In this document: piece by piece, positions 35,501 to 48,384 of the stretch | Layout of the letters: each line of letters opens with the position of its first letter | Numbering within the stretch: the stretch's first letter is position 1 | NCBI GenBank assembly: GCA_964658305.1 | Contig: OZ210885.1 | Span: forward strand, 7,006,001 to 7,070,000 | DNA from: Leptogorgia sarmentosa | Taxonomy: Eukaryota | Reading direction: 5' to 3' | DNA length: 64,000 nt | The notes under the pieces: generated by a model | What the model was told of the DNA's origin: nothing | The model's input: only the letters and a program-made list of their open reading frames with translations | Database searches by the model: none | Position numbers and translations under genes: made by a program

Positions 35501-37197
35501 TGCCTCACGATGATGCATGAATAGTTAAGTGCAGTAAAAAACTGAACGCAATTATTTAATTATTACACCACCTGCTTCGTACTGTATAAGCAGCAAAGTT
35601 TAATTGTAGCTGTTGAAATTGCTGTGAAGATTTTCAATCCTTCTTTCGTAAGCTTTTATTGCAGATTTGCAGGTAATTCTTTTTATTTCATTGTAGTGTA
35701 GTTGCTTCCGTATGCAAATGTATCTCTGACCCAAATGTCTTCTAAAAATGGACCTCATTACAGAAGTTATTGAATGATGCGCCTATTACGGCTTACGCGC
35801 TCAGAGTTCAAAGATCAAGGTTCAGGGATTGTAATTTTGCAAAGGATATACCCGTTTTGGACAATATTGGCACAAGTAAAAATTTTTGATGGATATATTA
35901 TGACTTCAAGCCGTAAATTTTGTTTTCATTTGCACTTTATACTGTTGTTTACATCAGTAATGGGGTAAACATAAAATTCTGAAGCAACACGCCAAGTTTT
36001 TGTAAAGTATGTTAGGAGTTGAAAAAGATCCATATAGAGGTTCTTATAGCGAATTCCTTTTCATAATCTTTGTTTTTTTGTCTTTTGTTGTAAGCTATAA
36101 CACTAAAATTTTGCAAAATCTTCGTGCACGATATCAAGTTGTTAGGCGCCATCCTGAAAAAATGTTCTACATCCCATAGCGCCTGAGAGTCGTGCTTTTT
36201 CGACCAATCAGATTGCAGGAAATGTTATTATCGCTTTACAGCGATCTGCCAAACCATATTTTTCATGGTTTTATTTTGTTGAATATTTAATTCGTAACGA
36301 TGCATGTATGTATATCGGCAACAATTTGAAAACATTTCTATATTCATCTTGTAGATAATTGAACTCAAATTTCATTAACTAAATGTTGACAACGTTGCCG
36401 AGTGCGTAATTGTTTTAGTATATAGACTCCCACCTAAAATGCAAAGTGTAAACGTAATTTGGAAAAATTGAACAAAATTCAAAACCTGCGCAAATTAAAT
36501 GATTGTCATCATATTTCGTTGCCGTTGGCATTTGGTGTTATACAACTATACGGGGTGGCGCAAAAAATTTTACACGTTTGATTTAAAGACAGATATATTT
36601 CTTCAAATACACGATGTCATATCAAGCAAGAAAGGCTTAACTTAAATTTTGATAGGCAGATATCGAAGATAGGGCGGATTTAATTAAAACTGGCGGTAAT
36701 TACAATGCTTTAAATCAGCATCTATTTAGAATGGCTTATTGAACTAATTTCATATTTATTGCCATTGGCTCGTCTCTATATCGTATTTCGGGGTAAAAGA
36801 CTAATGTCTCGCAGTATTTAATTGTAGCTTCGTAAGTAATTTGTTTTGACGTTATGAACAAGGAATGAAAGCTATTGCATTTAAACTCGTATGGCTGGCA
36901 GCAAAATGGCATGACATCGAAGAAACGTGAGAAGTAATTGCGCGCGATTTGTCTGGGAGCTATACAAGATTCGCAACAACGAATTAATTTGTGTGCAAAA
37001 AATTTCCCTCCAATCGTAGGTATCCAAGAAAGTATAAATCCACGTAAGGAACCTTCAGCGTATAATGTAGTTGTGTTATGAATATCTTCTGTTTTTACGC
37101 GAGAAGAAAGCTGTTGCAGTTTACTACCGTAAATCCAATGTTACACAAAACGATTTTCAACGACAATTCCCACCGCAACGGGCTGCTTAACGAATCA

Positions 37198-37412
37198 CGA
37201 ACAGGAGCAGGAAGGATAATCTCAATACCAAAACGATAAAACAGATTCGACGTTTCGACCGAAGGGCCTTCGTTGGGAACTAGTAGGACGTCCCGACGAA
37301 GACCCTTTGGTCGAATCGTCGAATCTGTTTTATCGTTTAGGTAGTGAGATTATCCTTCCTGCTTTTGTTCGTTATCCTGAAGTGCTACCTACACTGGCGA
37401 CGTGTGCTGTTA
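37198..37412. mobile_element. Inverted-pair retroelement terminal fragment (Penelope-like pLTR?) with hammerhead-like motifs, inserted in a MITE
   Basis: About 81-bp inverted arms at 37198-37278 and 37291-37371; 12-bp direct repeat CTTAACGAATCA at 37186 and 37413; arm consensus CCGACGA-A-GACC-nnnn-GGTC-GAAAC-GTC. Confidence 0.65.
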
Positions 37413-39927
37413 CTTAACGAATCAAGTCTCGTGCAACTTCACTAGCATTGCGAATTGTCGTTGAAAATCACACCGTGTAACATCAGCTTAAATGTTGTTA
37501 GTTTGTCCTATTTCTGTCTTTTCTCTTCCACGTTGTTTTTTTTTGTTTGTAGTTCGTTGAGTTCAGTTTTTGCAATTCCACACTAAGCTATAACCGAACA
37601 GGAAAGATAAACACGGCACATAATTGGAATATATTGCCACCTGCAGGCACAATTTATTGCGCACAATTACCAATGCAAAATGGTGTTGGTGGTAAATGTT
37701 GCAAAATTGCTCACAGAGATCTTTACACAATTCGCAATGCTATCATAAAATAACCGCGCCATCTGGAGGCAAGGAAAACTGACCTCACGGTGCAAGGTAG
37801 CCTGGGTCGGGCGATGGTGTTGCGGTGCCTCCCGTCAAGTGTTAAACGACTTCTTTATTTGATGTTTTATGATAAATTACGGGATCGTCGAGGCCGTTAG
37901 GGGGACAACTTATTCAACTACTTCTTTTATAATATTTCTTTAATGTTGTTCCAGTGCGTGTGACCTTCCAACTCTGTTGTCTAACTAATGTGCGTAGTGA
38001 TATCTTTTACATATGACAAGGTGCATTGTGCATTGTTCATTGTTCATTGTTTATGGATGCGAGCGCATCCTAACTAATTAATAAGGTTCAAAGTTCCTAT
38101 ACACAAGGCAATCTAGCGCAAATTATATAACAAACAAAAATTCAGTTCTTTTTAGCGTCCGAGAAGACCACTTTCTTCGAGCACCCCGCTTTTATATCTT
38201 TAGTATGAATAATTATTATAATAGTTATGCTAATGCATGTGTTGTTAATAATCGATTAATTGTATAGAAATACATTCTCTCCTAATGGTGCGCAATCGCA
38301 GAGAATAGACTATGCCATAGCCTTTACGTCGGTCTACGTCTACTGACTATGATTGAAGGTCCTTTTACACGACATGATTTGTCTAGCACGATCCGTATTT
38401 TAGCGTATGAAAAATACCGCTGGTTTCTCCGCTCAATTTGTCGAGATTAAGGCATATGGATTTGAAATGTAACTTTTTCATGCGTGCTGACTCGATTACA
38501 TAAGCTAGAATGCGAAGCTTAGCGCGTAAATGTGTCTTGAGATAAACAGCTCATTATATCTGATAATAACAGTCGAGCAGATCTTTTGCGCACGCCGTGA
38601 ACAGCAAAGCCTGGAATGTTGAATGGCAACCAATCAGCGTTGAGGTTTTGTAGTTTGAACCCTCGTTCCAGCCCTCATCTTGTTTGTTTCTCTGACTCAA
38701 GTTATATACTCATTCTAATAATACTTAAGTCGTTGAAACTAGACTATAATTTAATAAGAAAATGTTCAAACTATAAGTATCTAAACTTACAGTTTTATGA
38801 AGTAACTCTGTTACTTCTTACTCACAGTTGCTTCAGGGTTCTGCATAGTGTAAAAATACGCAAGAGATTATCACACCCAATTCCATGTATACTAATGAAT
38901 AACTCTAATAATAATTAATAATAATTATGATTATTATTCACTTTATAATATTTTCACTTTTGTCTGGTTAATTTTCCTGCAAATAACTGCGTGCAAATAA
39001 TAGTCTGAGCATGCGCAATGTCTTCAAGACATAGAGGCTCTCTTTCCTGAACTTGCAAAAGACGATTTGTCGTCCTTTTTTGGAGAAAAAAATGCAGCTA
39101 AATTGACCAAACAAAAATGAGAATACTATAAAACTTATTGAACTCGGTTCTCGGAAAATATCGTGATTTGTCGGGAGTTCGCAGATCTATTATTTTTCTC
39201 GCAAATCATAGGCGTACTGGCACATTTTTTGGGGGGGAGGGGGAGGGGCTGGGCTGAATTTGCCCGAATTATATGACGTCATAGATTTCGTGACGTCATC
39301 ATAATACTGTATAATCTGAGAATACTATAAATGAAAAGCTTTCCTTTGAAGATTGATATACAGTTACTGCCCAAAAGTCCAAATACAGACCTACTCCTTG
39401 ACAAAAATGACCCTCCTTTTTACTTATATTGGAGATAATATTCCTGTCCCGCTCGTTATATGAGCAACGAAACCTTTGCATTTATAGCATGTATAACATC
39501 CTTGAACCAGTTGTTTAATACAGAAAGAGTTATTTCTTTTCATATAGATGATTAAATCAAATTAAACTTCTGGGCAGTAACTGTAAAAAGAAATATGTCG
39601 TCCCTAGCCATTTCAATTATAAGCTAAATATATCCATTACCATTTACAGAGAAAGAGGAAGTTACTAACGTAACAACATTTTATTTGATATATGAATTCT
39701 CTGATGTACGACACTAGACATGCAAGGAACTTTAGTTTAGCAAAATGACAAATCAGACAATTTTGGCCCGAATAGATGAATTCTCAAAAATTTGCGACTA
39801 TGTCCCAAATCACGATATTTTGCTGATGATTATTTTCTCTAATTAACTCTAACTATTTTTTCCTAGAGTAATATATATATTGAATAATCTCCCCGAGTAT
39901 TGCTTCAAAATTGGCGGAAAGGCAACG

Positions 39928-42892
39928 ATGCATATAAAGTTCCATTTGTTGACCATTTTTATCGCATATACATTACGAGTAGGAATTGTCGCGAAAGACC
40001 AAAATGCTGAGAAAAACGGAATTCCTAACTTTTGCTTCAATGCAAGTTTAGAGGGTAAGTATACATACAAGCTGTGGAAGTTGCACCACGAAGTTCAGTC
40101 GCTTTTAGGCATCTTCTAAAACATGTCACATTGAAATCAATTGATTTTTACAGTGACAAAGCTATAGAAGGTTGATTGGGGGAGGGGGAAATTGAATGGG
40201 TGTATACTCATTCATTCGTATTCTATTCGACTGAAAGTTTATTTCATAAATTAAGAAATCAATCGTGGAGAACAAGAATGTATGAATATACCCCCCCCCC
40301 CACCCCCCAGATAATGTCCCAGTCACAGTACGACCTGATGTTTCCTATTTTTTTAAGACACAATGCGTTTTACACGCCAGGCGTACCGGTTTTGAAATTT
40401 TTGTAGGGCGGAATTCAAATATAGTGTCTGAAATACCATTTCCTGCGTTTTGGTGGCAAAATATTGTGCATGAAGCCTGTGGGAAAAGAAGAAATAAATG
40501 TTGGCAATATTGCTAAAACAGGATAATTGCCTGACTTTTAAGTAGGAATTGTCCAACTGATGTGGGGAGTGTGGGGAGAGGGGTTTGCCCCCGTGCTCTC
40601 TCGCCTCAAACAGCTATGCTCATTAATGATGCTTCAATTCCGTAGGTTTCAGACTTAATGTGACAGTTTTCATGAGGAAAGTGGTTCCTGATTGGCTTGC
40701 CTGTGTGTTGGAATGTGTCACAGAGCCATGCTGTCGATCAATCAATTATAAAAACACATTGAACTTACAGAATGAATCAAATTGTGAAATGTTGCATAAT
40801 ATGGTCTACAATATCTCTCAGGAATTCTTGGAAGCCAATTTTTCTTATAACCATGTTTACCTCAATAATCCTCATAAGGTAACAACAGAGAATTGCTCTT
40901 TTTCGCACATGTGTACAAACATTATATCAGTTTTGTTGAAAACCAAGATGTAAAGGTTGAGAAGTATAATCAGAAGAAAATAATGTTGACAACTTTTCGG
41001 ATGTCAGAAATGTGAATATGCATTCGTTTGGGAAACTTGGGTAGTCACGTGCATTCATCATGCAGGAGCTTCAAATAAAAAATAACCAATAAATCCATAA
41101 TTCGTAATATCCTTTGATCTTTGTCTTATTATATAGGAATACAATGAAAAGTGTTTTCCGAAGTTCCCAAATCACAAATTCAAAGGTAAGTATCTGAATT
41201 TTTTTGGCTATTTCAACTAGTTTTATCCATCACAAACGGCGTCAATGTTCTTACTAGCTATAATTTATTGTATCATAGGCAGCCCAGAAATGAGCTGTTT
41301 TCTTTATATAACCTAAAATCAATCGATTTTATGCATGATATAGCTTCTATCGAATGGCTGCATCGATAAGTTGTCGCGCGATATATATATATAACTGACA
41401 GCACTAGCTACGTACGCGAGCGTCGCCCGAGATTAACCGACAAATTATCGATGCAGCCATTCCAGAGAAGGGATATCGTGCATGAAATCGATTGATTTTA
41501 AGGATATGTAAAGAAAACAGCTCATTTCTGGGCTGCCTATGATTGTATTAACTTTCTTCGCTTTTCCATCAGTATTTTAAAAATCAATTACATGAACTTT
41601 GAAACTGCTAATGACCGACGCCATGTTGGATTTTGGTTCTTCGCTCATTCCTTGTTCAGAAATATTACCGTGTGTATTACATCAATAATCTCCAAGCCAA
41701 GGTCAAGCAATGCCTTGCATTGCCAAGCAATCTACTATAATATATTTCTGTCTGAAATTGATCAGTTAAATTCATGTATTTCTAGGCGTATCAAAGATAT
41801 TGCAAAATGAACCAAAGAATTTCGCAAATAAGTTGAAAGAATGGCTGCCGAAAACAGGATATTGGAGCCTTTGTTGGCGAGCAACACGAGATGGTTGGGC
41901 TGCGAGTACATTTCATTCAAAATGCGATGGAAAATCACCAACCATAACTATCGTTCAAGTTATCAACAACAATAAAAAGTATATTTTTGGTGGTTATGCT
42001 ACGGAACCATGGGATATCAACGGTAAGTTGAATTTAATACAGTTTTATATGTAATCAGAAGTGAGAGGCCCTCAGCCCACCCTGCCACCCTCGTCCGACG
42101 CCCCTGATATTAACTGCTTTATTAATGATGTACCTACCTGCACGTTATGCAATATGCATTCTCCTGCAATCACGAAATAAATGTATAGCACTTTATTCTA
42201 AATTGGATTTTAAAGTCGCCAATTTCCTTAATTTATTGTTCTGATGTTAAATTTGAATCATATTTTTATTTCGTTTGATTCTAAACTAGCCCAAACACAA
42301 CAAATGCAATTTTTTTGCGAAATAATAGGATTCAGTTTTGTTTAAATTTAACTTAAACTTATCAAGTCCACTGCTTTCGATGGAATTGAAACATATTTTA
42401 AAAGTGTTACATTTGTGCTGATTTTAAAAGTGTCATATTTTTGTGATGTAGTGATGATTTAATTTTTGTCGCAATCTTATTTCCTCACTTTCATGCCTTG
42501 TTAGCTACTTTTTGTCACTTTTCATCACAAATAATTTTTATATTGAAAGTGATATGTTTATTTTAGCGGATTATTTTACATCTGCTCCAGGATCATTTTT
42601 GTTTTCTCTGCGCAATCACGATGATCTTCCGCCATTCAAGGCTCCACTGAAAGATGAAAATAGTGGGCAGGCAATTTTCCTTGATAGTGAAAACGGACCA
42701 ACATTTGGTGGAAATTTTGACTTACATATTGCGAACAACGCAAAATCGAATGCTCAATCCTTCACAGAATTTGGTGGCACCTACCAAGCTCCATCCGGAT
42801 ACACTTACAAACAAACCAACACACAGTCCCTCCTTGCAGGAAGTTTTGCCTTCACTCCATCAGAAATTGAAGTCTTAAATTTGAATGAATAA
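39928..42892 (+). CDS. Gene 3: predicted secreted protein, signal peptide-PAN/Apple-TLDc (no EGF), 323 aa, 5 exons
   Basis: Exons 39928-40054, 40646-40878, 41137-41185, 41786-42022, 42567-42892. All introns are GT-AG; 972 nt in frame. Motifs: MHIKFHLLTIFIAYTLRVGIVA N-terminus; ACVLECVTEPCCRSINY...NCEML PAN; TLDc exons paralogous to genes 1 and 2. Confidence 0.85.
41274..41541. mobile_element. P-element-like palindromic MITE in gene 3 intron 3
   Basis: CATAGGCAGCCCAGAAATGAGCTGTTTTCTTT long TIRs with a 7-bp TSD ATTGTAT. Confidence 0.85.
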
Positions 42893-43614
42893 CCTACTAC
42901 TTATACTATACCATAAGATAATGAAGACGGTCTAAGAGGATCTTTCTCAGTGGACTATTGTGACATAAATTTGATATTTGGATTTTAAAGCATGTTCAAG
43001 TATTCATGGTTGACCTGTAATTGGCCAATCGGCTTATATATCTTTATTTCCTTAATGCGATGCAGTTCAGGCACGTTTACACGCCAAGTTTTGTCTGGTA
43101 CAATTCGCACTTTGGCGTATGTAGTAGAGTGAGAACTTGTAAAGAATTCGCATTTCAAATCAAACGCACTCGAACGATGGCGTCAGCAGTATGTTGCATA
43201 TACCAGAAGAAGAATCATGCTCCATGAAACTCGTCTTTCGTACTCGTGCTATTTTGAGGTCTTTAGAAAACTCACTCGTGCATGTTAATTCGAAATTGCA
43301 TTCGAAACCATACTATTACCTATACAAACCGTAGTTTTCCCGCCAACAAATTTGTTTTAAAAATAGCGTCTACGAGCGGCGAACCAATTTTTGTCTTTGT
43401 TCAAAAGTATAACAACCTGTTTTTCTCGAGAAAATGAAAATGCAAGAAAACACTAAAATGATGCGCAGTTATTTTTCAATTTGGACAATATGATGTAATT
43501 AGTTCAAGAATTTAGCAATATCAATCAGAACTTTTGCCGACTGGGTTTTACGACTATTTATAAAATAACCGGAAGTAAGTGAAAAAGATTGCGCGCGCGT
43601 GATTGGCTAACAGC

Positions 43615-43799
43615 CAGGGCCGTCGCTAGAACGTTAATTGGGGGGGGGGGGGGGGGCATATTCATATTTTGGCGTTCTGCCGACTGATTTCTTTTGAAAT
43701 CAGTTGTTTATGAATTAATTTCTAAAGAAATCAGTCGACAGAACGCCAAAATATGAATATGCCCCCTCTCCCCCAATTAACGTTCTAGCGACGGCCCTG
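43615..43799. mobile_element. hAT-type palindromic MITE (degenerate relatives near 8960, 15968, 40152)
   Basis: CAGGGCCGTCGCTAGAACGTTAATTGGGG TIRs, TSD (c/t)taacagc; the empty site is visible in the related repeat at 23881-23956 (reverse strand). Confidence 0.9.
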
Positions 43800-45102
43800 T
43801 TAACAGCCGTGTTGATGTGAGATTATGTAAACACAGCTATTTCCCCTGCTTCTCGCTATTGCGTTATTCCGCTTTTGTTAACGTGTTATTTTACTTTCGT
43901 GTTATTTTGTTACCTGTAATTCAACAACATGCACATTTGGCTTTGTAAGTTCTCACGCAACATTCCAAATTTGGTAATATATAGTTGGGAATATATTCAA
44001 AACAAATATAGGAAACGTGCTTTGAAAAGTGACCTGTAATCGACTGTAAGGCCGTCTTGGGCCAAAATTAAAATAACGAAACATGAACTTGGGAAATTTT
44101 CAGCGTTTAATCCTAGAAAATGAAGCTTTTATCCGAAGAGAAACAGCTTTTTATGATCAGTAATCTTGCATTAATACGGCCACTACTCTTGAGATTCAAG
44201 AGGTTGCTCACAGCGACCCTTTATTTACCTTTCATGACACCAATAACACAGTTTACCAAGTTTAACTCGGTCGATTTAAAGAAGTCTTTTTTCCTCTTTA
44301 CGAACAGACAGTCGACGAATTTGTAATACTTATTCTCTACTATCAACAGTAACTTACTTCAAACAACAGCATGTTATGCTTGGCAGTTGACATTTTGGAA
44401 ATATCATAGACAGGTGTTTTTTGTTTAGCATACCGAGAGGAACAAAATATGACTGAAATAAAACCATGCAACTAAATATTAAAATATTAAAATTATAAAC
44501 ATTTATGTGGAAAGATCCAGTTTAAGGCCGTTTCAGAGGAAAAGAAACAGACAAGAATTTTAGATTCCCTGAATATTACTCGGCAAATAATAAAAAACCT
44601 CAGGTCGGTGGCCTTTGTCAACCTCTCATTATTGACACACAATACAGTCAAATTTCAAGAGAATTTTAAATTTATGATATGAAAAACTTGTAAACTGAGA
44701 ACCACTAGGAGATTGTTTAGCTACGTTTATTTTAATTAAACTTTTACCATCTTTACGAACTCACTTAGATGAATTTCACCCAGCGAATAAAGCTATTCAA
44801 TCAAAAGTTAACAACATTTCGGAGTTTTCGGAAGATCAGGTTGTTCAGTTGTTGTATAATTCCAAGAACACCTGTTCGCAGGCTAATGGTCGACATCTTA
44901 TCCACCCCATGACTTAAACACCCGACGAAAAGAACGCTCAAAATAACACGCGCGAAAGAGTGCGACAAAAATCGGATTTTGCTAAAAGATCACGGCTTGG
45001 ATTATTTCAGATATGGATCAGGATTATAACAATTGAATTACCCAACAGCAAATGTTCTACTCACTACTTAAACGATACAAACATGCATCTGGTCAACACA
45101 CT

Positions 45103-45140
45103 AATTCCCGACGAAAAGCGTTTGCTTGAAACGTTGAATT
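45103..45140 (+). ncRNA. Minimal hammerhead-ribozyme-like motif with variant core
   Basis: AATTC-CCGACGA-A-AAGC-gttt-GCTT-GAAAC-GTT-GAATT: stem I 5 bp, stem II 4 bp, CCGACGA in place of CUGANGA. Confidence 0.5.
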
Positions 45141-45726
45141 TGTCTGTCCAACTCAGATTTTGAGCAGAACTTTTGCTGCTGGTTGATGTTGTTATTTGCT
45201 ACCTGCACCGGCCACTTGTTCAAAATTCAATTGCATCTCAAATCTTGAATTCACATGTGTTCCGCAAGTTGCAGAAGAAAATGGAGAATTTTAAACACAA
45301 CAAGCATGTTCGTTTATTTACTGTTTATTAAAACTACTGATACCTTCTTTCATATTTAACATCAAACACTATAAAATTTTATCAATGTCGTATGTCATAA
45401 CATATCCATGTTTTGGTTTCATTGCTTATATTAGCATTACATATATAAACCATAAATTAAAACAAATCCTTTAATATTTACGGATATACAATCAATAAAT
45501 AAATCTTAATTATCTCTATAGTATCCAAGGAGTCAATAGTTCATTCAATGTGTTCATTTACAGTTATATTTTTTTCAAAGCAAAATCTTCTGAAACTTCT
45601 TCAGAAAATTCGGGGCAGAATTATAATTTTCTTCGCCAGGAATATTTATAAGCAAATATCGCCATATAGCAATTCAGTTCGTAATTCATTCAATGACTTG
45701 GTTTTCCAGTTTCGTGCAAGAAATGT

Positions 45727-46653
45727 TTAATGTTCCGGTGATCTCCGTCTCTTCGTGCTGGAAGATCTCCAAAACCTGAACAATTTTTTGTCCAACGTTC
45801 CATAAATGAGAGGATTGACTGAATGCCAGCCAGCAATGCTCAAAATGAATCCAGAATAAGCAATCCAAAAATATTTTAGTACCAAACGAGATCCTCCAGC
45901 GATCTCCATAATCAGCCACACAGCAAGAGGAATATTTCCTACTGCATAACAAAGAACTGTGAGGAGACAAACAAAGAAAGTTTTTCGATTTCGAAAATAT
46001 GTCAGAATACTGAAAGAAGAACTAAGTGCCCTCCGTCTCAAAGGATTTGAAGAAACGCTTTTTATGTACTTGTTTTGTTTCATCAGTGCACGACCAATTT
46101 TCATGTAAACCACGGCCATAAATAGGACTGGGATGAAAAAAACGATTATTAAAGAATAACCAATCCAACGATAACGGCTATAAACAATTGTGTCATCGCT
46201 CCAAGGCAGCAAACATAACGGTAGACTCGATCCATAACCCGCAATGAAACCAACAATGTACACCACAACACAAACAACTTTCAATTTTCGTCGACTGACG
46301 GCAGGTTTTAAGGGATGCAACGTTGCACGATAACGAAGAACTGAAATGAACAACATCATGCCTATTCCAGAGACTTGAAAGAAAAATATTGCATAATTAG
46401 CAATACAATAGAATTTGGTATAATGGAAAACTGGTTCTTCGAGGAACGTGAAGTTGATGACATCTAAAAGGCAAAGGATGAGTGCTCCCAGATCACAGAT
46501 GGCTAGTTGTAAAACAAGGAAGTAGTAGTTGTTCTTCAACATATTCTTTTGTCTCAGTATGGAGATGATAACCAAGAGATTACCGAGAATCCCAAATATA
46601 TCTACAACAAGATAAGAATATCTGTAAGCATCATATTCCGTGTCGCTCATCAT
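45727..46653 (-). CDS. Intronless orphan class A (rhodopsin-like) GPCR, 308 aa
   Basis: Seven hydrophobic segments; TM1 GN, TM2 LAICD, TM3 Cys and ISVLRY, TM5 FFIP...Y, TM6 CYAVGNIP, TM7 NPLIY, helix 8. Confidence 0.93.
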   Translation of the reverse strand: MMSDTEYDAYRYSYLVVDIFGILGNLLVIISILRQKNMLKNNYYFLVLQLAICDLGALILCLLDVINFTFLEEPVFHYTKFYCIANYAIFFFQVSGIGMMLFISVLRYRATLHPLKPAVSRRKLKVVCVVVYIVGFIAGYGSSLPLCLLPWSDDTIVYSRYRWIGYSLIIVFFIPVLFMAVVYMKIGRALMKQNKYIKSVSSNPLRRRALSSSFSILTYFRNRKTFFVCLLTVLCYAVGNIPLAVWLIMEIAGGSRLVLKYFWIAYSGFILSIAGWHSVNPLIYGTLDKKLFRFWRSSSTKRRRSPEH

Positions 46654-47928
46654 TCCACTCGAAAGTTAATTTCTGAATGCAGTCAATTAATGATCAAGCT
46701 TGTAGCTGGTTTGTGCAGTTACTTCGAGAAATGCGTCAAAATGACAAATAAATATTAATAGTTTTACTGCGAGATTAAACACAAAAAGCAGATGCGTTCC
46801 ACCAATAAGAAACCGACACATAAGGACACTGTTGACTGTTCCCATGGTGTCTTCTGCTATTCGAGCTGTGTTTGTTAAACAGAGGAAAGAACAAACGTTT
46901 TACATCGATCACCTCTTCATTATTCAATACGTGTTTTTATTTAATGACACGCGCCAAGTTAAGCATCTGTTCTAAAATTAACAACTCATACATAATTATT
47001 AAATCGAAGAGTTTGCAGCAGATAATAAAAATCGACGAAGAGTTGTTCGCCTAAGGAAAATGATGTTACATTCCATTTCCAAAGAACATCACATTATACC
47101 ACATAAATTTCTTGTAATTTCAACAATCTCCGAATGTTTCTTGATTTGAATGAAATTATTCATGCACTGTTGTGCAAAACACCCTCAATCAAGAGTTGAC
47201 AGATTTGTTTTATTCTTGACTAAGATGCGCTGCATAACACTGCATGCCAATCAACGAGCAGATGTATCACGTTCGTTGAGGAAGTTTACATTCTTTATTA
47301 TTATATGGCTTTTCAAAATTCTCTATAATGATTGGTTGACAGGCGATCCGTAAAAGCCCATATCCGGACGGTGGTGTATCTGGACGGGTGGCAAATTTAA
47401 GTTATTTGTTAAGAAGTTGTCTGATCGATGTGTAGAAATTTAAGTGGAAACATAGAAGAAAAAGATGGAAACACGCTCTCAAAACTTCACCGGGACCGTC
47501 CCACTGAGCTATACTTAATATATCTGGAGATCGGGTCGTAATACCACGCCGTACAAATAGGCCGTCGTCTGGGGCCCCAAAATGTTTAGTTTCGTTGCAC
47601 ACCTCTTTAAACTAAAAAAAATTTACATATTCTTATAGATTAAATGACGCTGAATCCAAATCTAAAAAGTTCTTGCGGGTTCACCCTGCAGTTTTTTTGT
47701 AAATGGCGATCAAAATCTTAAAATTTACCAGTTTCGCAATAGCATTTTTACTGTATGCCATACCTCAAGATGCGAACTTTCGGAACCAGTCACTGACGCG
47801 CCATAGTGAAATTATACAGGATAGGTCACTTCCGCCTACTTTTGAGATATGTGAATTCAGATTTGATGTAAACAATGAGCGACACGATTTTCAAGGTTCA
47901 TATAATAGTAAACTATTATATGAATGTA

Positions 47929-48157
47929 AGTCAACTCGGCCCACATACCAACTGGGCCCAATATTAATATATGGCAATTCTAACTCTAAACAGAAAATAT
48001 TGTCTTCTGTTTTTCTAAATATTGTTTAATCCAGGCCCAAACACTGACCCTAACAACAAAATGTTGAGAAAAAAAGCTTGAAAGAAATTGGGCCAAGTAG
48101 GTTGGGCCAGGTTGGTTGGGCCGAGTTGGTATGTGGGCCGAGTTGACTGGTTACCAA
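47929..48157. mobile_element. MITE remnant with ggccgagttg repeats (Merlin-like terminus)
   Basis: agtcaactcggcccacataccaact...agttggtatgtgggccgagttgact inverted arms ending in ggttacc. Confidence 0.55.
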
Positions 48158-48384
48158 CTACATAAAGTCATCCTCTTCATCACAGTCATTGTCAATCAGC
48201 TCTTCTTCATCAATCAGCTCTTGTTCATCAATCTCACTGTTCTCACAATTGTTCTCACAATTCTTCACAAGAGGAAGCACCACACAATACAACTACCACC
48301 GATCCCCTCAATCGAAATCTAACCCCAACCCAAACCCTAAACCTGACCCTAACCACCTCCAACCTAAATGGACCCCTGTCCTCA

